Translations under genes and position numbers: made by a program
Notes under the pieces: generated by a model
What the model was told of the DNA's origin: nothing
The model's input: only the letters and a program-made list of their open reading frames with translations
Database searches by the model: none
In this document: positions 40,063 to 50,901 of the stretch, piece by piece
How positions within the stretch are numbered: position 1 is the first letter of the stretch
How the letters are laid out: every line of letters begins with the position of its first letter
DNA from: Vicugna vicugna
Taxonomy: Eukaryota
DNA: 64,000 bases
Reading direction: 5' to 3'
NCBI GenBank assembly: GCA_013265495.1
Contig: MU058781.1
Location: 9,653,009 to 9,717,008 of the forward strand

Positions 40063-41184
40063 TAGAAAATTTTATTTTGTGATAGTGTTTCAGTTCAATC
40101 TCAGTGCTTTTCAATGAAATTAACAGTTTTGCGTTTGATCAGGCGTTACTTCAAGTTGATTGGAGTTACTCAGATTTTTTTTTTAACGTGATTGTCATAA
40201 GATTGATTTTTCTGTAACAGAGAAATCATTGCATCATTGTTGAACTTTTGGAAAATGAATTCCATCTTTTGTGACTATGAATTTCTTAAGATTCTTTAAG
40301 AAATTGGAAAGAGTCAAAGATGTTATGTGTTGGAGTATATCCAGTTTAGATGTAACAGGACAGAACCATTAAATTAGCTAAATGCATTGGCATAAAATCA
40401 GAAACAGTATTTTTGAGAGTAGGAGTCCAGACAATTTGTCTGTAAGATAGACTTTACAAACTTAGTTTGATTGATTTTTTTGTTTTTCTGAGGATATGAT
40501 TCTTTTCTGTAATTATGGTTCTGTTTCCCCTGGCAGGCTGTCCAGTCCTGGCCTCTTTAAGCTCCCTGTGAATTGAATTATTCTCAATAATACTCTGTAT
40601 TATGAAGGCATGATTTGAGTGGCTGTCCACTGTGATCTGGTTATTTGGAGCTTTACATAAAGCAGGTGGTTCTTCCATCTCATCTGCATTTCTTATTATC
40701 CAGAATTCACCGTCTGTCAGTGGCTCCTCATACTTAGTCCATTGCATCTGTGGCTCTATCCTGTAGGTGGTCCCATTTTGTTGGGCTTCCTGTTTACATC
40801 TTGGTCATTTCTCTTAGCTACTCCAAGTTCCCTTGTTTTCAGACTATAACAGGGCTCATATTACATGGCTGTGTGTTTACCCACACTCTGATTAATTCCC
40901 CAAAGACTTTGCAGCAGCTAATTTTATTTGTTTGGCTCTGAGAGGATGCAGGCCACTCTGATTCCAATCAGGTGGCGTTTACTTTCAGTGGGCACAAGAC
41001 TGAAGCCTGTAACCAAACAGCAAGCCACGTCTGATCTGCAGTCCTGCTGTCTGATCTCAGTGGTGCCATCTTAATGACCCAGATGCCTGGGGTTTGATCC
41101 TGTTTGCCTGGACTTCTCTATTGGTCTTTTTTTGATTTAGATAATGCTTTGAACTTGACCTTTTATAATAATGAAACTGATCTC

Positions 41185-41420
41185 AAGAGCACAAGTTATG
41201 GAGTCAAATAGAAGAAGGTGTGAATTCTGCCTCAAAGGTTTGTTAGCTCTTTGATCTTGAGAAAGTTGCTCCATCTCCAGAAGTCTCAGTTTCCTCATCT
41301 GTAAAATGAGAATAATAATAGGATTTGGAGAGCTGTTTTAAAAATTAGATTAAATGGTTCTAAAGCTCTGGTAGAAAGCCTGATTCTGTGTCTTGGATGC
41401 ATAATAGACACTTGCTGCCA
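41185..41420 (+). mobile_element. MIR SINE
   Basis: 'tggagtcaaa...gtgtgaattctgcctc...tctcagtttcctcatctgtaaaatgagaataata'. Confidence 0.85.
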
Positions 41421-41804
41421 TCAATAAGATTCTTTAATTGGGTTTATCTACCTCTTCTTGCCTGGCTGTCTACTATTCCCAGCCACGTCTTAGCTCCCCA
41501 CCACTCCCTGCCCTGTGTTGAGTTGTACATTCACATGCTTTCCTAGTCACTATCTCTGTGGTATTATGAAAACTTGTCCACTTTTGTGCCCTGCTTTAAT
41601 TTCCCTTAACTCTGGGGTGTCATTGGTTATTTGTCACTAGGTAAACACGTCCATAGAAATGTTTTATTTTCTTCCTTGAATTTTGCTGTCTGTTGTTTTC
41701 ATAATAATGTGAAGAGCTGGGCAGACCCAAGAGCAAGACCAGCCTAAGATCGCCCTTGAGGTCTGGAGGGAGAGGGGAGGAAGGATGGAGATACGTCAGG
41801 CGGA

Positions 41805-42050
41805 GTGGTGGACTCTAGTGCGAGAACTCCGAAGCTTGACTGCCTGAGCTCGCAGCCTGGCTCCTCTACCTGTGTGCTGTGTGGCCTTGGTCAAGTGACT
41901 TCACATCTCAGTTGCTACAGTTTCCTCATCTGTAAAATGAAGATAAAAATAGTGTCTAACTCATGGGTTTCCTTGTGACGATTAAATATGGAGTGCTCAA
42001 GACACCGCCTAGCCTGTATTAAGTAATAATTAAGTGTTCAGTATTATTAC
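41805..42050 (+). mobile_element. MIR SINE
   Basis: 'gctgtgtggccttggtcaagtgacttcacatctc...cagtttcctcatctgtaaaatgaagataa'. Confidence 0.85.
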
Positions 42051-42119
42051 AAGTATTCTTTCCTCGATGTCTCACAACATTTACTACATCAGATAATCTT
42101 ACTGATGATATGTATGGTT

Positions 42120-42400
42120 TGTTACAGCCTCAGTAACTTCAAAGTGATAAGATCGTCTTTATCTTTTTAGTATATTCACACAAAGAAGTTTGTCCTTTCA
42201 AAGTACTCATATGAAGAGGTACTATACTTATGTTGCTGTATAAACACTTTAAAATTACCTAAAATTTTTCTTTAGATTTTTCAAAAAGAATATTCTTTTG
42301 AATATCCTCAGGAATGACACATATTTGCCTTCTGAATATAGAACATCACAAGTTAGAGCCAACTTTATTTAATTTAAATGGATAATCTAGGTTGACAGTC
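42120..42400. mobile_element. MARNA-like Mariner remnant
   Basis: 'cctttcaaagtactca...tatacttat', 'attcttttgaatatcctca', 'agagccaa' and 'tggataatctaggttg' occur in the order seen in MARNA. Confidence 0.55.
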
Positions 42401-44839
42401 TCTTCTGTATATTTGTGTAATTTTATATACTTGTGAAATTACATAAATTACCTAAATTTATAATATTACTAAAATATATAGACATAATACCATCTATACA
42501 CAAAATGTGTGTGTCTGTGTACTTGAAAGGAAGAGTATCAAGAACCAGTGTTTAACATAAGCTGAATTATTTTCATGAAGAGAAAGTTCATCATTGAGTC
42601 ACAGCTCACTTAAAAAAGCTATATATGACAAACCTCGAAAAATTTTTAAGAAAGTGTGAGTTTCTGATCTTATGGGATGCATTCTATATAAACCATGCAT
42701 TCAGACAAATGGAGGGAAAAAAGAACATCTGGTCTTTCTGATTCTGGCTCTCTTATCTCCTTCCATGTCTTTATATTCCTATGGACACCACGATACTATA
42801 GTTACGATCTTGGGAGACCTGCAGAAAAGGGTCTCACATGCAGGAGCACCATGCTCCTAAGAGATGCTCAGCCTGACTGCAAGTTTCAGGTGTATGCCTA
42901 ACCCTGTTGCTTGAGAAAGCTGTACTGTTTTAACAGCGAATGATACATCTGTATGCCTCTGGCATCCTAAACATAGTCATTTTAATTATTTTTAAAGTTG
43001 CCACTACAAAGTCTGCCTCATGACTTGAATGGAGATGTGGTCATTTGTGATAATTGGATTTTAGAGTCTCTATAATATGGGTGACAATACACTAATGTTT
43101 TCAACTTTTCACATCAAGTACCATTAGACACTTAATGAAGTAAAAGTTTACTACCTAGCTCTTCTTTGCAAATATGGAAGAGCATCCATCTCTCTCTTCA
43201 GTGCTGCCTGTGTATGGAATACATGGCATGGCGTAGTCTTGGCTTCTCATCAGGCTCTCTGGTGTGCCGGGCGACACTTGTTACCTGAGCCCCGGATCTT
43301 AGCTGGAGAACTCTGTCTGACTCACAGGTGGTGATTGGAAACTGAGACAGTATTATTGGACCTGGGGCTCTGCCATGAGGCTTCTGAGGATGAGGCAGTG
43401 TATGAGACAGTATAACGTGGGGATGTCCAAGGTCATAGACAGCTGGGAGAGTTTACATATGGAGGACGGAAGACCTTAAAAAGGGGGGAAAAAGAGCTCT
43501 GACATACACACACAGACATTCACAGAACTCCTGGCTTTTCAGAGGATGGTACTGAGGCCAGAATGGTGAAGGGACATCACCAAAAAAGATAAGCCCAAAA
43601 CTGAGCTTGGATTTTAAATCTTTCCAATTTTCATTTTTAGGTTTTTGATCTAAGAGGAAAACTGCAGTCTAATAGTATACGGAGTCAGAAGATTAATGAC
43701 TGTGCTCTGTTAGGGTTAATGTTACGAGGGTTGGGTGCTTCTTAGCATCTCATTGTGGAGTGAATTTTATTTTAACGCAGGATCTCAAAATGAGCTGGTG
43801 TCCTGTAATGACTGTATGCCGTCACTCCTTCCCTTCTCACTGAGAATGTGATAGTGTTCCCATCATGTGAACTGCTGATGGACATTAAGCAACTCTGTTG
43901 TCATGGCACTAGTTAAAAAATGTGAAGGAAACGAGGTCTTTTCAACCTAAAGGTTCTCTCTGAATAGTTAATTAAAGACATTTTCAGAAGACATTTGGAT
44001 TATGGGAAAGCGATGATATCACATTATGACATTTATTTCATTCCTTACCCCAAGAATCTCAGTAATTGGTTCACCTATTCAAAACTGTTATTTTATCCAA
44101 GGGTAAAGATTCCAGGACCCCCAGTTGGACTCACCTAATTTATCTAATTGGCATCTTCTTTTAAAAACAACTCTAGACACATGAGCTCTTTGATTTGTGA
44201 ATGTGCCGTTCACTTGTTTTGAGATGATTTAATGTAAAACTTAACCTAATTTCAATGAAGGTTTTTAGGGAATTTTAGCCAAGGGTTAATATTTTATTCA
44301 CACCATTGTATTAAAGAATGGGTTTTCAGAAATTTAGTTAAAATTTCACGTAAACTGTTGAAACGCTGGGCAGCTCAGGGTACGTTTATTGTTGAGGTTG
44401 TCACTTTGCAAACGAAGGTTTGGAAAAAGATGAACGGCTTACCTATGATCATACAGCAGATGCAGAGATAGTTAGCGGTCAAATGGTTAGCAGAACCCAG
44501 AGCTATTGACTTCCAGTCCAGTCGTCTCCCTTCTGGTCCGGGCCATCTTACATAGTGGGAGGTATTTCATTTTCTGCAGTGTGATTGTGACACAGGGAAA
44601 ACAGGAGGTGTACTCCTTGCCGCCTTCTAAGAACTTGTGCCCTCATGGGGATTGTTTCTTCCCATGGAAGAGACAGTGTGTGTATTTACAAACTCAGTTA
44701 TGTTTCCTGCAAGGATTGTTTACTACTTCTCCTTTCCTTTTTATTTATGTTTTTAATGCCATAGAATCTGATCGTGTATGTCAACCAAACATGAAAGAAA
44801 AACTGTCAGAGAATTGCATAAAGTCACTATCCAGTGATT

Positions 44840-45470
44840 TAGTATGAATGGGCACAGGTGAGCCCAGTGAGTCCGCATTGTGATGTGCCCACTAGGAAAG
44901 CACAGGCAGATTATGCCACCTTGTCTGAAATCTGGTCTTTTAAAAGGAGGCAGGTGGTAGTTCTGTTTACTCTGTGTGGCTGCACTGTGGGACCTTGTGT
45001 TGTGTTGCATGTGACATATCATTCACTGGGTCACTGATACACTGGAATGTATTCGTAGGCTGGAAAAGAGGATATTGAATGGAGTTGATATCACAGAGTA
45101 GCGGCTAAAGAAACTCAAATATTTCATCTAGAGGAAAACCATCTGAGTGGTTGATGATAGGTTCCCTCTAATATTTGAAGGATCATCATGTGAAAAGCAC
45201 ACTAGACTTGGGCTCCCAAATCTCTCAATTGAGGGCCAATGAATAGAAGCTCCGGTGAGCCTGACCTTTTTGGCTCAAGGCTTCGAAAGATGAAATGTCC
45301 TGTCTCCCTCCCCGGGCAGTGCATTTTCAGTCACTGGAGGTGTTCCCTCCGAGCCTGGACGGTTGCATGGAAGAGAGATTTTTAAGGGCAGCATTCACAA
45401 TTCAGATCTGCAGTTGGACCAGATGACCTTTAAGGTGCTTTCCAGCACCTGGGGTTTTATGATTCTGTTT
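44840..45470 (+). mobile_element. L3 (CR1) LINE 3' portion
   Basis: 'atatttcatctagaggaaa...aatatttgaagga...gtcactggaggtgttc...gttggaccagatgacctttaagg...ttccagc...ttatgattctgt' is the CR1/L3 3' end and tail. Confidence 0.75.
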
Positions 45471-47479
45471 CTGTTATGCTTCGACGCTGGGTATGTGTCA
45501 CATTGTTTGAACCAAACACTGGACAGGAGCACAGTTTGGAATGTTGATGGTGCTCACATCTATTCTGTGTTTCAATTTCTGGAAGCGGTCTTTGTCTTTG
45601 AGGCAGTTTGGTCCCTGACCTTCTGTAACATTTGGAGCCCAGCCACACTGTCTTTGTTTACTGTAAAGAGCATGGAAAAACTGACTTCCTGACAGTGCTC
45701 TGCAGAGTCTAAGGGCAAAGCACTCACAGGTGAACAAACACAGTCCTTCCACCTTCAAGTTGCCATTAGGCCCCTGTGAAATGGATCGGGGTAGTAATCC
45801 CGGGTAACAGAAAGAGGGGAAACCAGGGCTCTGCCAGGGGCCAGCAGTTAGTCACTTTGTCATTCTGCTTGTGAAGAGCTAATCTTGATTCAGTATCCAT
45901 TTTGGGAACATTAGAAAAAAAGGTATGCAGTTTTAAGTACTCTAGTAACCTACTGTATAAGCCTCTACATCCTTCCTTTCTCTACACTCTCGCCACTGTC
46001 ATTAATATTGCCCAGGGTTGCAAAAACAAGATGTAGCGTTCTCCACTGAACAGGTTTAAGAGTCACACACATTGAATATTCATATCATCCAACCTATTTC
46101 CTTTATGGTAAGACCTCAAAGTGGCCTAGATGGGTTGACTTCTTTCATGAAGCCATATCCTTTTTGTTTTTCTTTTTTTAAACCAATCTCTGCTATTCTT
46201 GACTCTTATCAAAAGCAATAGGTCCCCTTTGTCAAAGGGGCAAAGTGACTTCCTGGGAAAGAGTAGCATAAGTTCTTGAGGGGCCTAGACAGTGTCTCAT
46301 TCATTTTACTCTTCTCCCATCATGCTTAATACACCATCTCATGTTAGAAGGTCCACCTGACACATTTGTGTGAGTGTCCTGGAATAAAACGATGACCTTG
46401 TTCACACAGTACCCATTTACTCAAAGTCGCTCGCCAGATCCAAGTTTCCATCTTAATATTTAAAGATTAATTACTAGAATTGATTGAAAGCAATATAAAA
46501 ATATCCCTGACATAATTCACATTTTTTTTCTTTTTTCTTTCAAGAATGGAGGAATACATTTGGCTTTGACTGAATTTTTTCTTCTTTTTTTCTTTTTTCC
46601 CTCAGTCTCTAGTGTAAGCAGGCTCTTGAAATGCCCTAGTTATCTAACGTCACTCTTGAACTCCACTTAGAGATGATATACTAGCCTTTTACTAAAATAT
46701 ATCTGGGTATTAAAAGCCCAATTCTTTACTGCTGATGAGAAAGATTATTAACACTTTTTTTCCCCGGCTATAATATGAGGCAATAACACCCCTTTTTCCG
46801 TGCAGAGCCAGAGGCAGTATGTCACATTTACCTTCATTAACTGCCTACAAAATGAGGTACATTTGTTAATGTAGTATTCTGGTTAGCTAAAATTGTATGC
46901 GAAGGCTGATAAACTCGTGTGGTTTGCCTGCTTTGCCTCATGTCAGAAAAATAAAAGAATGGTAAAGTACGTAAGCATGCTGATTTTACTGCCTTGGTAA
47001 GTGCAGTGTTTGAATTAGGGGCTGGACCTGGAGAAGGTGGGGGTCTGCAGGAGATGGGCAAAGGGTGACGTGGCTGGAACAGGTCAGGACAAGCACCTCC
47101 TGATCCAAATCAACCTGGAGAGGAGCGTCTGAGGTGTGTGGTGGGTGAACACAGGCATCGTTGAAAATCTGGGCCAAAGGTGGAAAGGAAAGATGAGTTC
47201 TATTTCTCTTGTCTAAAATTTCACGATGGACCTTTCTTCTTGGATATTCTATGAAATACTAAGTTATCTGTAGAGTTATTCCTTCTGTGTGGCATCACTT
47301 TTAATTTTCCCATTTCTTCCTCCATTACTTTCATTTAGTCACTCACCATTTTAAAAAGATTCGTAAAGTGTTGTGCTTGCTACTGGGAAAACAGATTAAT
47401 GACACACCTCCTAAGCTCAAGGAACTGCTTGCTTTATTTTTCCAGGCTTAACAAGACGTGCAGTCAACTTTGCTGTCAT

Positions 47480-47830
47480 CCTTTTCCCCGTCCCCCGAGA
47501 ATACCTTAGTAATGTCATTTCTTTCTTTGTAGAGCCTCCAGAATCTATCTCAGGTTTTCTTCTGCCACCACCAGAGTTCAGGCACCATGCCCTTATGGTC
47601 AGGCTATTGAAGGGAGCCTCTTTATTCCTCTTCTGAAACCTAGTTTTCCTCCCCCCTCTATTTCAGCCTCATTCTCTTACAGTTTGGTTGTTCCCATGGC
47701 TTAGGCTGGTAAACGCCCTAGCCTTATAACATGGCTCTCCTCGGTCTCAGTCTCACTTGTACAGAACTATTACCCTCCTTGAACCAAATTGATCCCTTCA
47801 TGCACCTGCAGGCACGGCTGCGCATTCTCA
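47480..47830 (+). mobile_element. L2 remnant
   Basis: 'tctgccaccacc...ttcaggc...agcctc...cctctatttcagcc...gttcccatggcttagg'. Confidence 0.5.
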
Positions 47831-47864
47831 CCTTTCTGGTTTCCCTCCCACTATTTTCCAACTC

Positions 47865-48115
47865 GGAGGCAGTCCAGCCTGGTGGTCCAGAAGATGTGCT
47901 CGGGGCCAGAAGTGCTTTACCAATTGCTCGCTGCACAATCTTGGGCAGCTTACTTAACCTCTCCTCTGTGCCTCTGTCCTATGTCATTGAAAAGAGCTTA
48001 TTAAAGCAGTAAGTCCCTCACAGGATTGTTAGGATTAAGTATGTTTGTGTGTGAAATGCTTAGAAGAGACCCTGGCACATATTAAGAGCTAGTGTTTGGC
48101 TACTGATGTTACTGT
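47865..48115 (+). mobile_element. MIR SINE
   Basis: 'tcttgggcagcttacttaacctctc...tgtgcctctgt...cctcacaggattgttaggattaa...aaatgcttagaaga...cctggcacata'. Confidence 0.8.
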
Positions 48116-48369
48116 TATGACCCAAACCCCTCTCCCCTCCCCTGGCCAGACATTTCATAGCTCACTGCAAATCTCGGGGTTCTTTGGGGATATTTCCCAA
48201 CAATTTAGGTAGAAGTAGTCTTCGCCTTTTCAGCCCTTCTGCTGTTATTTATGCAACATTCCTTGAGTGGGCAGAGTTAGACCTATTTATTATTTTATAG
48301 GAAATAAAACTTGAAGAGATAGCAATTCAAGATAGTAAATGGTTAGTGCTAATAGAAAAGTAGCCCAGA

Positions 48370-49115
48370 TTCTGTAGAGTATAGGTTCTTTGAGGGCAGG
48401 GATAGTGCCTTATGTGTCTTTTGTTTTTCTTACGGTCTTCTATGCATGGTTATTACCAAAAGTATGCCAGAATTATATTTTTCCTGATTCAGTGGATGCT
48501 GTGTTCCGAGGATCAGGAATAGACCACTCTACTTAAATAGATAGCAGCCAGTCAGATAATTTACAAATAGGTAATGTACAATCAGACCAGTGTCTTTACT
48601 GGTGGCAGCTGCCTGCGAGAAATAAGGAGCCATCCTCGGTTTTGGACAGAGGACCATCCAGACCACAGGAACAGGGGTTCTGGACATTGACAGCATGGTG
48701 GTTTAGTAGGATTCATCTAGAGGCAGGTTGCCCAATGGACTGGAACAAAAAGAGGGAGACCAGAGAGAAGATGGTTGAGTGTGAGGGCATGAGTGCAGAA
48801 GCATGGACTCCAGAGCCATGAAGAGGAAATCTTATATTCAAAGGTAGTTTGTAAGGAAAGAATCTGTAGAATTTGGGAGTTCATACGTGATGTTGGCCAG
48901 GAACGAGTGAAAAAGTGACTACTGGGTTTCTTTGTTGGATAGCTTTGGAGTATTCAAATTGAGAGAAGGAGAAAAAAAAAAAAGGGAAAAGGGCATGCAG
49001 TTACTAGACTGTGAGCTTCAAGATGACAGAGACCACGCCCTCTTGCTCCCCAGTGGATCCCCAGTATCTAGGACAATCCTGGGGGCTGATCAGTGCATCT
49101 TGAATGAATTCATGG
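48370..49115. mobile_element. Cluster of L2 fragments, both orientations
   Basis: 'ggttctttgagggcaggga' (+), purine-rich antisense body at about 48500-48960, and 'ctagactgtgagctt...ccccagtatctaggaca...ttgaatgaat' (+). Confidence 0.6.
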
Positions 49116-50270
49116 CCACTTACCTTGATGTCTGCAGTTGAATAAGACAAGTTGCAGACAGTTTTCGCCACCTGTTTAATGATTCTCTGGTTCTAGTTAG
49201 CTGGCATGATCTAATTTTCTAAAGAAACATACCTCTCACATCGTGGGCAGGATGTCCTAACGAGGCAGTTCACTTGATTCCAGGATGAGTGATGAAATCT
49301 CCAAGGCCCCGAGGCCGTCTCTCTCCTACAAGCCTTAATGAAACTAGTAAAACATACCTGGCAATGCAGTCCCTCTGCAGAGAAGTGCTCCAGAAAGCAG
49401 TTGTTTGATCTCGCCCTGCTGAGAAGTAGCAGTATCCATGTGCTCTAGTGCAGCCACTGAGCAGTGTTAGAAAAATATCACCACCATTTGCCAGCATGAG
49501 ATGCCAGACTGCAAATAAGGGACATGTCAATTCAACGAAGCAGAAACATTTCACTTGTTTTTAATGCTTATTTGCAGGAGAACTTTATTATGTGTTTGTA
49601 TGCCTTTAAATAAGAAATTGCATTTTTTGAAAATGATGAAAACCGTCTCGTCTCTTCTCCCTACAATGGGACGAGCTTCTCCCACTTGGGTGAATACTGC
49701 CTGCGCCACTCGCTGAAGAAAGGGAGCGGTCTTGGCAAGCATTGTATTAGTCTAAAAATAAATTATTCAGAATGCAGGTTCAGATACAGATTGCAGGGAG
49801 AGATAATAGAATTGGTTTTCCAAGCCTGATCATGCTATGAAGACATGGTGTGTGCTTTTCAGGAATCCACTTAAGTGGAATCAGCTTTGGCTAATACAAA
49901 CTAGAAATAATATTGCTGCCATCCAGCTAGTGTCTGCGGTACAGCATCCTCAAAAATGTCTCCAAGCACCCATGGTCTCTTTAGTAAGTGTGCATGTATA
50001 AAAGTCTATGGGCATTCCCAGGCATTTCTTCAGAGATGCCTTTTCCTCATTGTTCTTTTAAGGAAATTTCTTCCTGGCAGCGTGTCTCGCTTAATGTTTG
50101 TCTCCCTCCTGCTCCCCCTGCCTCGGCAACATAGTTGACCACATCAGCAGCCGACTCCAGTTGTCATGTGGCTTCTCATGTGACGCTGGGTCTGCAGTAC
50201 TTTGGAGCAAAAGCCTTTGTGACTCGGCAACTCATGGGCAGTATCTTTCAGGGGCAGAAGAGATTTTGGA

Positions 50271-50340
50271 GGGGGCGGGGAGGCCAATAAACCCAGAAAC
50301 GTCAGAAATAAAAGTCGCATGAAGTCCTCTGATCTATGTT
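50271..50340 (+). promoter_or_regulatory. Candidate core promoter: GC box, CCAAT, half-CRE, TATA-like
   Basis: GGGGGCGGGG 50271-50280, CCAAT 50284-50288, ACGTCA 50299-50304 and AATAAAAG 50307-50314, in promoter-like order just upstream of the CpG-rich block. Confidence 0.6.
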
Positions 50341-50551
50341 TTTTTTTTCTTTTTTTTTGGAAATTTGATTTTAAACTGTGCTGAGCTGTTTTGTGTTTCT
50401 TTCCTGTTTTTTTTTTTTTTCCTTCTTCTCTCATTCTGAAGCCAGACCAGACCGTCTTTCCTCACAGCTCCAGGGCTGCATCGCTGTGGGCACACCAAGC
50501 TTCCCCTGGTTACCTGCGCTGCGCCTGCTGTCTCCTGGCCTCCGCTTCGCC

Positions 50552-50896
50552 ATGGTGCACCCCAACCTGGAATCGTTGGTCTACGCAGTGCGGGAGGAGG
50601 ACCTGCCGGTGGAGCTCTGGCCAGGGTCCCCTCGCAGCCGGACGAGGGGACTGGAGGACAGGGTGACGCAGCAGAAGACCCGGGGTGGGGTGGATAGACA
50701 GCGCCAAGGACCGGGGAAGGGGAAGTTAGGAGGAGCACTACCCATCCGATGCCCACCGGTCCTCTGCCGGGCAAGCGCAGCCTCAGCCCCCGCCACACAC
50801 ACTCAGCTCGGGCTTCTCCCGGGGATGAGTCTGTGGGGACAACCTGTGCCGAGATATGGTGGCATTTTACCTGAGAGTGGAGCTGAAGATGGATAA
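50552..50896 (+). CDS. 114-aa ORF (MVHPNLESLV...GAEDG), candidate uORF or microprotein
   Basis: Optimal Kozak gccATGG at 50552; open to TAA 50894-50896; no recognisable domain. Confidence 0.25.
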   Translation: MVHPNLESLVYAVREEDLPVELWPGSPRSRTRGLEDRVTQQKTRGGVDRQRQGPGKGKLGGALPIRCPPVLCRASAASAPATHTQLGLLPGMSLWGQPVPRYGGILPESGAEDG

Positions 50897-50901
50897 ACCA
50901 G
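50856..50901 (+). CDS. Putative first coding segment MVAFYLRVELKMDKP, phase-1 donor; ATG 50889 (MDKP) is an alternative start
   Basis: ATG 50856 (gatATGG) and in-frame ATG 50889 (aagATGG, strong Kozak); in-frame upstream TGA at 50826; frame open to the donor. No downstream coding exon identified in the window. Confidence 0.3.

Larger units (their letters stand above)
50340..50901 (+). other. Putative (alternative) first exon of an unidentified gene
   Basis: Follows the promoter motifs, spans the CpG-rich block and ends at candidate donor CCAG|GTATCT (50901/50902). 5' end is inferred. Confidence 0.5.

Noticed and set aside
50856..50901. Assigning a gene symbol from the MDKP start
   Set aside because: Too short to recognise reliably and no downstream coding exon is in the window; needs a database search.
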